UHGV virus genome: UHGV-0211193
Reading direction: 5' to 3' (one strand)
DNA from: a virus
Length of the DNA stretch: 42,026 nt
Made by a program: the position numbers and the translations under genes. This document shows, piece after piece, positions 6,328-16,384 of this stretch. The notes under the pieces are model-generated. The model was not told where the DNA came from and did not search any database. It saw only the letters and a program-made list of their open reading frames with translations. Every line of letters begins with the position of its first letter. Within the stretch, counting starts at the first letter, position 1.

Positions 6328-8561
6328 TAGTTTTCTGAAACTACTGTATAATTTGGTTTATATGGCAAGCAATTACTACTGATATAAATATCCTCAATAA
6401 TGAAGGTAGCAGCTTCTGTAGTTGCTACTGAGTTACCGAGAGCAATAACAAATCCGTCTACTCCGATATTTGTATTATTAAATACAAATGTGAACTCATT
6501 GGTGGTGTTTAGCGCACTTAATTTTTTCTTGAATGACTGGTCAAACATGCCAAATTCAATAAAATTATCGGCAATTGAGCCAGTTGTTTGTTTTACTTTA
6601 ACAACAACAAAGTAGACTTTTTTCCCAAGCCTTTTACTGTTGTAGTAAAAATTTAACTGCCTAGTTGAAGCGCTAGAAGCTAGAACTACTCTCAATGCTT
6701 TTGAGTTAGAATCTTGCAAGAATGATAAACCTGAGTATCCAGTTCCTGTACTTGCGTGGATCGGGGCTGTTCCCTCCGAGTTTAGATTACTATAGTAATC
6801 GAGTGGTCGCTCTTTAATAGCATTCGATCTCACTTGTTGTCCGTTAAATGATGTATTTAGACCATTATCAATAATGGTTGTAGTAAACAGATTATCTGCT
6901 ATACCCCAAGCGTTATTAAACGCTCTATTCTCCAACAAACGAATATTACTATCATTAAAAGTGGTGAATTTTGCGTTTTGAGTTATATTTAGCAACTCAT
7001 TTTGAACGTTATTGTATGAAGCGTTTAGTGGTAAATTTGAGAATGTATTTGCATAGCTTTTATCTAAACGCAAGCCTTTTTGCTTTGAATTTAAATCTCC
7101 CAAACTCATATTGCCATTAATGTTGCTAAATAAATTCCACTGCCCCGCATCTTTGAAATCCAACTGATAAGTAAAACCAGTGACATCAGACATGGTTTGA
7201 CCATTATAAATGATGTTGTGCGTCTCGCCCGAAAAGTTCGAGAATGTATTTCCATTTAAGTTTGGAGCATCAATTTCAACATGTGTTTGCAATCTTGTCC
7301 CGATAAAGAATCTATCAAAAGCCACATTGAAAATGGTGTTAGTAGGTGCTTTGATCTTAAACCCGATTGGCCCACGCGTATTGACACGATCACCGTCAGC
7401 TGTAGCTATATCAATGTTTTTCACACTACCATCAGTCCAATTTCCAGCTAAAACGCTTGAGCTTTCATCTGTTAAGTTAATCTCAAAAGCAGGGTGATAC
7501 GATACAGAGCCACAGTCTAAGAAGAATAAATTATCAATATTTAGGTTTACCAAGTCGGTAACGCCCACAGATGTTGATGCGTGACGTGGGGCAATAAAAA
7601 GACCGCCGTAAAAACAATTGATAAAGCGGATGGATTTTATTTCAGCAAACCACATCCCAGATGACACCCACAAGCCGCCGATGTACTTACTATCAATATT
7701 TGAGTTCTCACCCTGAAAATTCAAACCAATTAAATTCTGCTGTGATGTTGTAAGCTTGCCTATTTTCCAAAGCCAATTAAACTCAGTAAAATCTGAAGTA
7801 GGGATGATAAATGATCGCGCAAAATCACCTCTCACATTTACAGTAAGTGGTTGTTCAATTGTAGATGAAACTGGGTAAAATCCACTTGGGAAATAAACGC
7901 TAAATTTTTTACTTTCCGCATAAGATAAACAATCATCAATATATTGTTTTAAATCACCCTGAATTTTAGCATTGCTATAGTCTGCCAATTTTGCATGTAG
8001 GCTATATGGGATAAAGTCAAGGACATTAACTTCACCGCCGTTTGTTGTTGTTTTGTCTTTTACCCAACCATCGTCATCAATAAAGTGAAAGTTCCCAAGA
8101 TTATTGACATAAACTCGCATTCCATTTTTTGGGTTTTCAATTGCAAGCATTTCAGCAAAAGATTCAACAGTTATAATGTTTCCACTTTTGACCCAACCCA
8201 TCATATTTACATTCGGGTCATTCGTATTATTCGCAATTGTGCTAACAACTTTAGTTAATCCATCACTTAATACTAACTCCGAGCCAATAGGATACCCGCC
8301 AATTCTATTTGCAAATGCTTGATCAAACTCATAAGGCAAGCCTTTATTCAGGTGAACAATGTGCTGACCATATAAATTTAAAATTCCGTTAAAATCATTT
8401 CGCTCAGGTGGAATACCACCCTCAGAAATCTTTTGCTGAGTAATTGGTGGAAAGCCAGCTTGCATGGTGGCATTTTGTGGCTCAGCCCCAACAGATTCAG
8501 GAATTACGTTTTTGTCGCCATTTTCAGCGAACGGGGTTGTAATTAGTGTTGGATTTGTCAT
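6327..8561 (-). CDS. Tail fibre or tailspike receptor-binding protein of 744 aa. It has a conserved N-terminal anchor domain and a large C-terminal domain that may be a depolymerase or receptor-binding domain.
   Basis: The N-terminal roughly 110 aa (PFAENGDKNVIPE...GGIPPERNDFNGILNL...GGYPIGSELVLSDG) are homologous to the N-terminus of 8571-9416. It is the last gene of the tail module. Its beta-rich, N/S/T/G-rich composition is typical of fibres. Confidence 0.65.
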   Translation of the reverse strand: MTNPTLITTPFAENGDKNVIPESVGAEPQNATMQAGFPPITQQKISEGGIPPERNDFNGILNLYGQHIVHLNKGLPYEFDQAFANRIGGYPIGSELVLSDGLTKVVSTIANNTNDPNVNMMGWVKSGNIITVESFAEMLAIENPKNGMRVYVNNLGNFHFIDDDGWVKDKTTTNGGEVNVLDFIPYSLHAKLADYSNAKIQGDLKQYIDDCLSYAESKKFSVYFPSGFYPVSSTIEQPLTVNVRGDFARSFIIPTSDFTEFNWLWKIGKLTTSQQNLIGLNFQGENSNIDSKYIGGLWVSSGMWFAEIKSIRFINCFYGGLFIAPRHASTSVGVTDLVNLNIDNLFFLDCGSVSYHPAFEINLTDESSSVLAGNWTDGSVKNIDIATADGDRVNTRGPIGFKIKAPTNTIFNVAFDRFFIGTRLQTHVEIDAPNLNGNTFSNFSGETHNIIYNGQTMSDVTGFTYQLDFKDAGQWNLFSNINGNMSLGDLNSKQKGLRLDKSYANTFSNLPLNASYNNVQNELLNITQNAKFTTFNDSNIRLLENRAFNNAWGIADNLFTTTIIDNGLNTSFNGQQVRSNAIKERPLDYYSNLNSEGTAPIHASTGTGYSGLSFLQDSNSKALRVVLASSASTRQLNFYYNSKRLGKKVYFVVVKVKQTTGSIADNFIEFGMFDQSFKKKLSALNTTNEFTFVFNNTNIGVDGFVIALGNSVATTEAATFIIEDIYISSNCLPYKPNYTVVSEN

Positions 8562-8570
8562 TTTAGCTCC

Positions 8571-9416
8571 TTAGCTCAATTCAGCCCAAATTGTAGGATT
8601 AATAGGGGTATTTTGAACATCAATGCGATATGTATTAAATGGCGGAACAATAAAAGAAATTAAAACTGCACCAAAATTAGAACCACTATCGTAATTCAAA
8701 TTAATTATTTCAACACCAGAAACATTAACAATAACTCGTGGAATTCCATTATTTGTATCTGGAAAAGATGCGTTAATCATAATTGGCTTACTAGAACTAT
8801 TTATATAAGTTGAGCCTATTGATCTTGATCCAGTAACGTTTTTCCAAGTTTGATAAACGCCTAATGCTTGATTTACATTTAATTTTTTTAAATCTAATTC
8901 TCTACCTTGTGCAGCAGCCAAAGCGGATCCAACATCGGTACTATTCAAAGAATTAATTACTTTTGTTACGCCCGCAGTTGTGCTAGTGGCAGGTGGAACA
9001 CTTCCAGCGCCAGCATATACAAGCCAATTGCCGCCAAGTCCATTATTTGGATTCACGGTATTGGAATCAACAAGGCTTATAAATTCTCTTGTCCCATCAT
9101 CAGACTGAACAATAGCGTCTTTGGCATAACCACCATAGTTGTCGATTACGTCTTGTGAAAACTTATAACGATTGCCATTTTGAACATGAACAGCATTGTC
9201 GCTTAATGCGTAAAAAATACCGTTAAAATCTTGACCTTTAGGTGGCTTACCCCCTGCCTCAATTGTCGTAAAAGTAATACCTTCCCAACCCGTAAGCCAA
9301 GTTGCATCTTGTGGATCCTGCCCTGTCTGCCTTGCTTTCTCAATAGCATTCTTAATACCATTAATTGCAAATGGAGCGGGAATAAAAATAGGGTTAGCCA
9401 CTATAGAAAACTCCAT
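8571..9416 (-). CDS. Second, short tail fibre protein of 281 aa that shares the N-terminal anchor domain with the 744-aa fibre.
   Basis: [12 protein letters not shown]...[17 protein letters not shown]...[14 protein letters not shown] aligns with the N-terminus of 6327-8561. Confidence 0.6.
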   Translation of the reverse strand: MEFSIVANPIFIPAPFAINGIKNAIEKARQTGQDPQDATWLTGWEGITFTTIEAGGKPPKGQDFNGIFYALSDNAVHVQNGNRYKFSQDVIDNYGGYAKDAIVQSDDGTREFISLVDSNTVNPNNGLGGNWLVYAGAGSVPPATSTTAGVTKVINSLNSTDVGSALAAAQGRELDLKKLNVNQALGVYQTWKNVTGSRSIGSTYINSSSKPIMINASFPDTNNGIPRVIVNVSGVEIINLNYDSGSNFGAVLISFIVPPFNTYRIDVQNTPINPTIWAELS

Positions 9417-10020
9417 TGTTAAAGTTGCTTAATTCTGCGCCATTAAATCCAAATGTTCTATCCACATCCACCTCACGATAAGAGATACCAATCCCACAAG
9501 GATGCGGAAGCATATCAAGACCATACACCACTAGCTTATCAAAATCTGTTAATGAAAACTCAAAAACATATTCAGCAGACATATGTCCAATGATGTTGTA
9601 ATATGCTCTACGACCATCAAAAACCATTAGCAAAAACTTATTAATATTTAAGGCGGTTGCATACAGAATGTTTTTAGCTGCCTTAATTATAATTAGCTTT
9701 CTAAAGTCTTCGTCTGGAAGTTGATAGGATGAAAAAGCCCCACCATCAGAAAAGGGGAATGTGTTGAATGGCTGAAATGCTGGATCAAAACCAAAGTACT
9801 TAGCATTTGGATCCACCATTGGAACATTACGAGATACACCAACTTTCTCTGCCCAAATATCCAATCCAAAGCCTTTTGCGGTGGATAAACTGTAAACATA
9901 CTTGTAGAAGTCCTCAATAAAATATTGAGGATCTATTACATCATTCAATCCTTCAATTAGTGCCAATATCGTAGGACTATTGGCATATTGAGTCATAATA
10001 GTGTCTTTAATATTCTGCAT
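9394..10020 (-). CDS. Baseplate or tail protein in the Mu gp48 / P2 gpI position.
   Basis: Lies between the baseplate-J gene and the fibres, coupled to its neighbours. Family assignment is by gene order only. Confidence 0.4.
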   Translation of the reverse strand: MQNIKDTIMTQYANSPTILALIEGLNDVIDPQYFIEDFYKYVYSLSTAKGFGLDIWAEKVGVSRNVPMVDPNAKYFGFDPAFQPFNTFPFSDGGAFSSYQLPDEDFRKLIIIKAAKNILYATALNINKFLLMVFDGRRAYYNIIGHMSAEYVFEFSLTDFDKLVVYGLDMLPHPCGIGISYREVDVDRTFGFNGAELSNFNNGVFYSG

Positions 10021-11204
10021 TAGCTTTCCTCAATAGAAATTCTAAACGCATTCAAAGAAGGGAATTGATCTAATCCGATAGGCAATTCATCTAGCCATGT
10101 TGTGCCATCAAAACTTGCAACAACCCCCTTTAAACCCATCGAAGGCAGACCGCAAATAAAGGACGCTGGAATAACGTTTTTATTAATTCTAAAGCGATTT
10201 TCACCTGAAGCAGAGCTTTGCAAAATATGATCCTTTGCTTCTGATTCTGTGGCAAAAGAAATTGCCGACTTATCCTGAACGATAATTTTAATGTAAATGT
10301 CTTTGAAGTCAGGACGTAAAATTTTAATTGGGTAGGTCGGAGGTGTATGGTCATAACCATCTGCAATGACAGTTACGTCTGTGTTGCCATTCCAAGAACA
10401 ACCAGTTCCAGCTTTAATGAATGCCGCTTTTGCCACATCATAATCATTGCCACCAACTACTGAAACAACAATAGAATTACGAATAGCTGGATAGTTGGTA
10501 ACGCCAAAATTTACAGTTGCATCTGTAGGATTTGAAATGACATAAGCATCTACAACATCACGAACAGTTAACACAGCGCCTTTTGTTGCCTCATCTGTCA
10601 TTTTTGCATTAATTGCTACTGACTCTTTACGGCGAATATTAAAATCCACACGACTTTCTTCATCGTATCCCATCACTGCACTATCTTCATTGTAGACACG
10701 ATCAAGGCCGTTTAATGCAGTCGGGATAATAGTGATTGAATTTGGTAATGCTTCAATAGCTCCAGCAACTTGACAGATACATTCGATTGTTACCTTGCCA
10801 TTCACTCCAATATTATAAGAGCCAACCGTTGCCCAATCCCTACCAGCAACATCACGCACAATAAAACCTTCTGGAATTGTTGCGCCAGACAATCCCTCAA
10901 ATACAACAGGGCATACTGATTTTGTAGCAAGTTTTCGCGTTAAGAAGTAAAGCTCAGCAATCGCATCTTGCCAAATTCCATAAGCATAGCGAGGATCAAA
11001 TTGATTACCCAATGCAATTAAATTGTCATAAAAGTCCTTGATCATGGCTGTCCATGATGTAGCAAACTGATACTGAACCGTACCTTGTACTCTCGACACG
11101 TTGCCACCAAAAGCAGCATCAACCATTTGCCACACGCCATCATTAATTTCTTGTGTAGTCGGGGCTACATATCCAATATCTGTTATCTCAATCTTTGGGA
11201 TCAT
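10020..11204 (-). CDS. Baseplate J-like protein (Mu gp47 / T4 gp6 family).
   Basis: About 390 aa, placed after the gpW-like gene and before the fibre genes. ATGA/TAATG coupling to neighbours. Confidence 0.5.
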   Translation of the reverse strand: MIPKIEITDIGYVAPTTQEINDGVWQMVDAAFGGNVSRVQGTVQYQFATSWTAMIKDFYDNLIALGNQFDPRYAYGIWQDAIAELYFLTRKLATKSVCPVVFEGLSGATIPEGFIVRDVAGRDWATVGSYNIGVNGKVTIECICQVAGAIEALPNSITIIPTALNGLDRVYNEDSAVMGYDEESRVDFNIRRKESVAINAKMTDEATKGAVLTVRDVVDAYVISNPTDATVNFGVTNYPAIRNSIVVSVVGGNDYDVAKAAFIKAGTGCSWNGNTDVTVIADGYDHTPPTYPIKILRPDFKDIYIKIIVQDKSAISFATESEAKDHILQSSASGENRFRINKNVIPASFICGLPSMGLKGVVASFDGTTWLDELPIGLDQFPSLNAFRISIEES

Positions 11205-11560
11205 AAGCCCACCGTTCCACTAAGGTTTTGTTCATTCGTAAATTCAATAGCACCACGTAAAAGACGACTTTCGCGCTCTAATGGATATAGTTTAACATCA
11301 ACCGATACAACACCCTCAACCAACATCGAACGATCATATAAGTGACGCTGATATAGAGATATAGGATAACCAGATTTTCCTAATATAGACTCTAAGTATG
11401 GGATACCATCCGTTTTATTGAAGTAGTCATCACCATAGAAAACACGACATGATGAAGCAATATCTTGCGCTTGTTGGTACGTGTCTGTAGCAATAGCAAT
11501 ATTACCTTGCGTATCTAAAGTCAGATCCCATGTGTCGGGTCGTAAAAAAAGTGTTTTCAT
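11201..11560 (-). CDS. Baseplate wedge protein, gpW/gp25-like.
   Basis: About 119 aa, lying between the gpV-like spike and the J-like protein as in Mu/P2 baseplate modules. Confidence 0.45.
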   Translation of the reverse strand: MKTLFLRPDTWDLTLDTQGNIAIATDTYQQAQDIASSCRVFYGDDYFNKTDGIPYLESILGKSGYPISLYQRHLYDRSMLVEGVVSVDVKLYPLERESRLLRGAIEFTNEQNLSGTVGL

Positions 11561-11700
11561 TGAACAACCCCTAGCAGCCTTCCAAAGAATATCAATGTAA
11601 AGAATATAGCTGTAGCGATAACCATATTTCTAGCAATTGCCTGAACAGCAAAAGCCGTAACAAAACCACAGAATATTAAGAAAACTTCGTATAAAGTCAT
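11557..11700 (-). CDS. Unannotated small membrane protein of 47 aa (MTLYEVFLIFCGFVTAFAVQAIARNMVIATAIFFTLIFFGRLLGVVQ) nested in the baseplate module.
   Basis: ATGA overlaps at both ends: stop of 11697-12335 against its start, and its stop against the start of 11201-11560. Strongly hydrophobic with two transmembrane segments. Confidence 0.5.
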   Translation of the reverse strand: MTLYEVFLIFCGFVTAFAVQAIARNMVIATAIFFTLIFFGRLLGVVQ

Positions 11701-12335
11701 TTTGGTTCGTCCGTATCACTAGAGCCACGCTGAACTCCACCATGTTTATGCGTAAATAGGTTGATAGTTTTCGCAATAACATCGGTTAAAGATTTGATAA
11801 TTCCTGAAGCAGTAAAGTTACCAGTTGCTTCAACTTCTGGAGCATCAAGGATAATTTTTGCTTTAGCCTTTATCTTAACATTATCGCCATCAAACCATAT
11901 ATATTGATCAGGTGTTTCTTTGGACCAGCCACCAAAAAAGAAAGCATCTGATTCTTGAGCTATCCTAAACACGTTCATTGAAGCTTTAGCACGATTTCTT
12001 TTTACAAGTGATATGTCTCTACTAGCAAAAGAACAAAAGCCTATATCGCCTTTCTGTGGGTCTGTAATGACTGCATTCTTGCCACCTTGCAATCTAAAGT
12101 ATGGCACATTGTGAATAGTTGCTTGTTCAATATTTTCATTGTCTGCTGTGATACGCATAAGCAATGGTTTTACAGAGACAAAACCTACAGGACCAACACC
12201 ACCACTCTCAACTTCGACAACTTCGACAATTTCACCAAAGTTTAGGCGTGACAAAATAGAGATAACATTTTGCTGAAACTCAGCGCCGCCACCAAGTTGA
12301 TTAATATTGTATAGACTAGCGTTGGACTGCTGCAT
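11697..12335 (-). CDS. Baseplate assembly protein V (gpV / Mu gp45-like central spike).
   Basis: OB-fold-like region (VGFVSVKPLLMRITADNENIEQATIHNVPYFRLQGGKNAVITDPQKGDIGF). Position after the hub gene. Confidence 0.5.
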   Translation of the reverse strand: MQQSNASLYNINQLGGGAEFQQNVISILSRLNFGEIVEVVEVESGGVGPVGFVSVKPLLMRITADNENIEQATIHNVPYFRLQGGKNAVITDPQKGDIGFCSFASRDISLVKRNRAKASMNVFRIAQESDAFFFGGWSKETPDQYIWFDGDNVKIKAKAKIILDAPEVEATGNFTASGIIKSLTDVIAKTINLFTHKHGGVQRGSSDTDEPK

Positions 12336-13206
12336 CTTTAGAGTCTCTCCATGTCGCGTTTACAGAACAGTGCCATTTACCTTGTGGAATATTAGCCTCT
12401 AGTGTAGAAACAAGGCCGTATATGCGCCAGTCTGCATTAGCAATTTCAATCAAACTGTCTTTAATAGTAATGATGCCACCAAATTTAATCATTGGGTCAT
12501 ATAGACAATTAAAAGATATGCCCCTTTGATCTGGCTCAGGATAACCATTAAGCGTTCTGTTTTTTGGTGTAACTATTGGTATCTTAACAGGTCTAGCCGT
12601 GCCCTTCTTACAAATTACAATTAAACCTTGTTCAACATATAAATCGAAATCACACATACTAGCTAATTTTTCGATTTTCTCTAAGTTTGAGCCATTTAAT
12701 GATGTGTCTGTAATAATATGACTTGCGCCATTGTTTTCAAATTGATAGCCCATGTCCTTAGCTAAGAAGCTAATAATTTCGGCAGCATCGACCTCTTCAC
12801 CTTTTGGAATAGTAAATGGCGGAGTGGCTTTCATTTTCTCTACTACTGCCATTTGACTTGTGATGACAAGACCAACATTAGGCGCGGCATTCATACTAAT
12901 GGTAGCAAAGGTTATATTTCCCTCATAAGCTTTGGTTAATTCACCGCCCTGCTCTCCTACTTCAATCTTGACCGTGTTTAAGATTGCACTCATTGTATTC
13001 CATTGAACACGAAACAATGGAGCCATAGACGACATTGGCAAGCCATAGATAGTGATTTGTGCAGTAGGGGAGATAGCACCGTTGCCGTATGTAATATTTG
13101 TTGAAATGGCTAATCCAGTAGATTGAAGGCGATTGTCGCCTTGAGCGGTAAATGTTTTTGTACCATCCGCTAAGTTTAATGTAACCCGTATAATCTTTTT
13201 ACGCAT
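12316..13206 (-). CDS. Baseplate hub protein (Mu gp44 / gp27-like).
   Basis: Size and position between the tape measure-proximal genes and the gpV spike. Confidence 0.4.
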   Translation of the reverse strand: MRKKIIRVTLNLADGTKTFTAQGDNRLQSTGLAISTNITYGNGAISPTAQITIYGLPMSSMAPLFRVQWNTMSAILNTVKIEVGEQGGELTKAYEGNITFATISMNAAPNVGLVITSQMAVVEKMKATPPFTIPKGEEVDAAEIISFLAKDMGYQFENNGASHIITDTSLNGSNLEKIEKLASMCDFDLYVEQGLIVICKKGTARPVKIPIVTPKNRTLNGYPEPDQRGISFNCLYDPMIKFGGIITIKDSLIEIANADWRIYGLVSTLEANIPQGKWHCSVNATWRDSKDAAVQR

Positions 13207-13247
13207 GAAAAAGCCCTCAATATGAGAGCTATTTTAACATAATAGAC

Positions 13248-13526
13248 TTAAACTTCATCCGTCCAAATCAATAAGTATCTTGTGCCTAACAAATCATAAG
13301 TAGGGTCACTATTTCCCTCAATATCTACAAATACAAATCCATAGCCAAGATAAGTACGATCAAGGCAAATACGATTAGCCAATACAAGACCATCAGTTCT
13401 ATTAGATAAACTGATATAAAGCTTGCCAAGTCGATCATTTATAGTGATTTCCCATGTTTCGCCATTTAATGATGTTGTGAAAAATTGATTTGGTAGCGCT
13501 GCTACTGGTAATTCATATTGAGCCAT
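13248..13526 (-). CDS. Small tail or baseplate protein of 92 aa.
   Basis: Located in the tail module downstream of the tape measure gene. Confidence 0.35.
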   Translation of the reverse strand: MAQYELPVAALPNQFFTTSLNGETWEITINDRLGKLYISLSNRTDGLVLANRICLDRTYLGYGFVFVDIEGNSDPTYDLLGTRYLLIWTDEV

Positions 13527-13529
13527 ATA

Positions 13530-14120
13530 TCACCCGAAAATATCACTTAAAACACTTGTGCGCTGCTTTGACTCTTTAGCCCCACCATCAACAGTATTGG
13601 CATCACTAGGATTTTTAACTTCCTCAATAGAATAGTCCACTTTAGCCTCTAGCACTTCTTCAAGATCAAGATTAACAGTAATCATTGTTGCGCCATCTTG
13701 AGCAGTACGAGCATGATTAATGCCAACGATTTGATAGTTTAAGTAAACATATTCAGGCGTAATGATGTGAAAACTTAAAGTTGATTTTAATAAGCCTTCT
13801 AATTGCGCTAAGAATATACCGCGCTCAAGAACACCACCACTACCTTTCGCCATTTGTACGGTTGCCATAGATGGAGCATTTACTTTGTTAAATGAAGCAA
13901 ATGATCCTTGCTCTACTGGATACTTGGAGATACTAGAACCAGCGTCATAATTCATGCCTAATACAGTGTCAGCTAAAACAATAGGGATGCCAAATTCATT
14001 GACGATTCCCCACACCTTGCCAAACACGCCATTAATTAAAGCAGCCCCACCTAAAGATAGGCCGACATTAGTTAAAACCTCTGGAGCTATGAAATTTGGA
14101 ATATTCGGCATACCAATCAT
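13530..14120 (-). CDS. Tail protein of 196 aa, directly downstream of the tape measure gene (distal-tail / Mu gp43-like position).
   Basis: Gene order. Gly-rich N-terminus. Confidence 0.35.
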   Translation of the reverse strand: MIGMPNIPNFIAPEVLTNVGLSLGGAALINGVFGKVWGIVNEFGIPIVLADTVLGMNYDAGSSISKYPVEQGSFASFNKVNAPSMATVQMAKGSGGVLERGIFLAQLEGLLKSTLSFHIITPEYVYLNYQIVGINHARTAQDGATMITVNLDLEEVLEAKVDYSIEEVKNPSDANTVDGGAKESKQRTSVLSDIFG

Positions 14121-14130
14121 GTTTTACCCC

Positions 14131-16152
14131 TTAATTTGTCGCATTTCTGAATTGATAGAATTGATCTTGTACGCCTTTAGCCAAATCTTGACCCGTGCCA
14201 GTCATTGTGTTTGAAGATGTTTGAATAGTTACATTGCCGATAGTTACATCTGTCTTATTTGCAGCGGCAGCTACAGGCGCATTCTGTCTAGCTCGGCTTA
14301 AATCAATATAGTCGTTTTGACGCATAGATTGCTGAGCAGCGGCAGCACTTTCAAAGTAATTTCTTTGATGCGCTCTAAATTTAGGATTCTGAACCATTTC
14401 ACCTTTTTCAATGATTCCGTTTTTATTTGAATCCCATACTTTATTTAGTCTATATGCTTCCGTACCCTCTTTGTAACCCCATCCAGTTACAGCACCGTAG
14501 ACATCACCAGTGGTATTATTGGCTTCATTGCCTGCCCTAAAGTTTTTGCTACGCTCTTTATAGTAACGCTCGACATATTTCATCTGTTCGTCAAAAGATA
14601 ACGCACCAAATTGATCACGACTCATTCCGTAGTATTGACCTTTTGTGCCACCTGAACCCGCCATAAACTGAATCAAGCCAGTAGCCGAAGAACCCTTGTT
14701 TCGAGCATTGGGATCAAAAGTGCCGCCTGTCTCAAAAGAAATAACTGCTGCCAAATCGTTTGGATTTACGCCGATATTTTTAGCTACACGCGCAATAGTC
14801 GCAGCTTTTTCAGGGGTAAATGCTTTGCTTTGATAACCAATCGCAGAGGGTATTGTACCGCCTTGACTTGGGTTAATCAGATTTCCAACCGCATTCTCAA
14901 GTGTGCCTTTTTCTTGTCCGACAAGATCATCAACAAATCCTGCAACATTAGAACCAAACTGCTTAACCATTCCCCAAGCTTGCGATCCTGCGCCTTTAAA
15001 ATCACCAGCCATTAACTTTTGGATGATTTCAGCATAGCCCTGTAGAGTTGGAATAGTGTTTTTCACCATATCTTGCCATAGATTTTTAAACGCATTTTTC
15101 AGGTTATCAACTGATAATGTAGAATCATCAATATACTTCCTGAATGCGCCCCAATCGAATAAAGACTTGCCACCTTCAGCCCATGTTTTATAGTCATCAT
15201 AAAGTAATCCAAATGCAGCGCCTAAAGCGCCTACAACTAAAATAAATGGGGCGAATGGCGCAATAAATGCCAATGCAGCAATAGTGGCTTTGGTTAAAAT
15301 AGGGATTAGAATTGCGCCAACTACAAAAGCGATGCCTTTAAACACAGCTTGCACAGCTTTTTGATGTTTTTGTAGGTATTCAAATATACCTAGCGCAACT
15401 TCACTAAGTTTCACGAACAACGGAATGATAGCATTAGCCATCATTGTTTTAAGTGATTCCCAATGCTGCCCAAGCAAAGCACGGTTTTTTGCTAGTTCAC
15501 GGCTTGCCTTTAGTTCTTCCTCCGATGACTTGTACATCTTGCTTTGATATTCAAGCATCTTCTCCATTTCTTTGCGGCCTTGAACAAGGGTGTTAAATGT
15601 ACCCTCATCAATTCCCATTTTAGAAGCGATAGAAAACGCTTGCTCACGATCCATTTTAGAAAATGAATCTGCAAGATCTAACATTACATCATCGGTTTTT
15701 CTGGCTTTACCTTGAGCGTCTACCATAGAAACGCCAAGCGCATTCATAAATGGTAGAAGGGTAGTATCACCCATGACGATAAAATCATTAATCCCCATGT
15801 TTAAGGATTTAATTGATTCTGTCATTCCTTGAGCAGAGCCACCCATTGCCCCAGCAGCGCCTTGCCAATTTTTAATAGTGCCAGCAGACATGCCAAGATT
15901 GCGTTCAAGATGATAAAGCTCGTCGTTTAAACGCTGAACTTCGTCAATCATCTTAGCAACGCCAGTGGCAACAGCCATTACACCAAACCACCTAGCTAGT
16001 GTTTTAGTGACGTTGCCGACAACCTTGTCTGTTTCACTGACAGATTTGTTTAAGTCGTCATTGCTCTTTTTGGCTTTTTCGGCTTCACGGTTATATTGTG
16101 AGCCGTCTAGCCCAAGCTTAACTATGATCGACTCAACAATATTTTCAGCCAT
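14131..16152 (-). CDS. Tail tape measure protein with a C-terminal lytic transglycosylase/lysozyme-like domain.
   Basis: 673 aa, alpha-helical and Ala/Gly-rich with internal hydrophobic segments. C-terminal AVISFETGGTFDPNARNKGSSATGLIQFM resembles a transglycosylase motif. Lies directly after the frameshifted chaperone pair. Confidence 0.65.
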   Translation of the reverse strand: MAENIVESIIVKLGLDGSQYNREAEKAKKSNDDLNKSVSETDKVVGNVTKTLARWFGVMAVATGVAKMIDEVQRLNDELYHLERNLGMSAGTIKNWQGAAGAMGGSAQGMTESIKSLNMGINDFIVMGDTTLLPFMNALGVSMVDAQGKARKTDDVMLDLADSFSKMDREQAFSIASKMGIDEGTFNTLVQGRKEMEKMLEYQSKMYKSSEEELKASRELAKNRALLGQHWESLKTMMANAIIPLFVKLSEVALGIFEYLQKHQKAVQAVFKGIAFVVGAILIPILTKATIAALAFIAPFAPFILVVGALGAAFGLLYDDYKTWAEGGKSLFDWGAFRKYIDDSTLSVDNLKNAFKNLWQDMVKNTIPTLQGYAEIIQKLMAGDFKGAGSQAWGMVKQFGSNVAGFVDDLVGQEKGTLENAVGNLINPSQGGTIPSAIGYQSKAFTPEKAATIARVAKNIGVNPNDLAAVISFETGGTFDPNARNKGSSATGLIQFMAGSGGTKGQYYGMSRDQFGALSFDEQMKYVERYYKERSKNFRAGNEANNTTGDVYGAVTGWGYKEGTEAYRLNKVWDSNKNGIIEKGEMVQNPKFRAHQRNYFESAAAAQQSMRQNDYIDLSRARQNAPVAAAANKTDVTIGNVTIQTSSNTMTGTGQDLAKGVQDQFYQFRNATN

Positions 16153-16154
16153 TT

Positions 16155-16352
16155 TTACCTCTTATCTTGACTAGCAAGAAATTTAATCTTTTGTTCATTG
16201 TACGTGGCTACTTGCTCGATTTCTATGATCCTCATTGCACCCTCAAGGCCTATGCACGTATTCAATTCATGATAAGTGCATAGTTTGGTTTGCAAAGCGC
16301 GGTAAACGGTTTCTGATACATTTAACGGCTTTGCGAGAACTCCATCTTTCAA
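16155..16352 (-). CDS. Frameshift extension (-1 frame) of the tail assembly chaperone. Together with 16385-16822 it forms a gpG/gpGT-like pair.
   Basis: This reading frame stays open upstream to the slippery heptamer T TTT TTA at 16409-16415, which lies within the last codons of 16385-16822. It sits immediately upstream of the tape measure gene. Confidence 0.6.
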   Translation of the reverse strand: MKDGVLAKPLNVSETVYRALQTKLCTYHELNTCIGLEGAMRIIEIEQVATYNEQKIKFLASQDKR

Positions 16353-16384
16353 CGTCTGGTTAGATAGAGGATCAAAAGAATAGT

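Noticed and set aside
6327-8561. Diversity-generating retroelement targeting the tail fibre
   Set aside because: No reverse transcriptase ORF or YxDD motif is found anywhere in the window, and no template/variable repeat pair is evident near the fibre 3' end.
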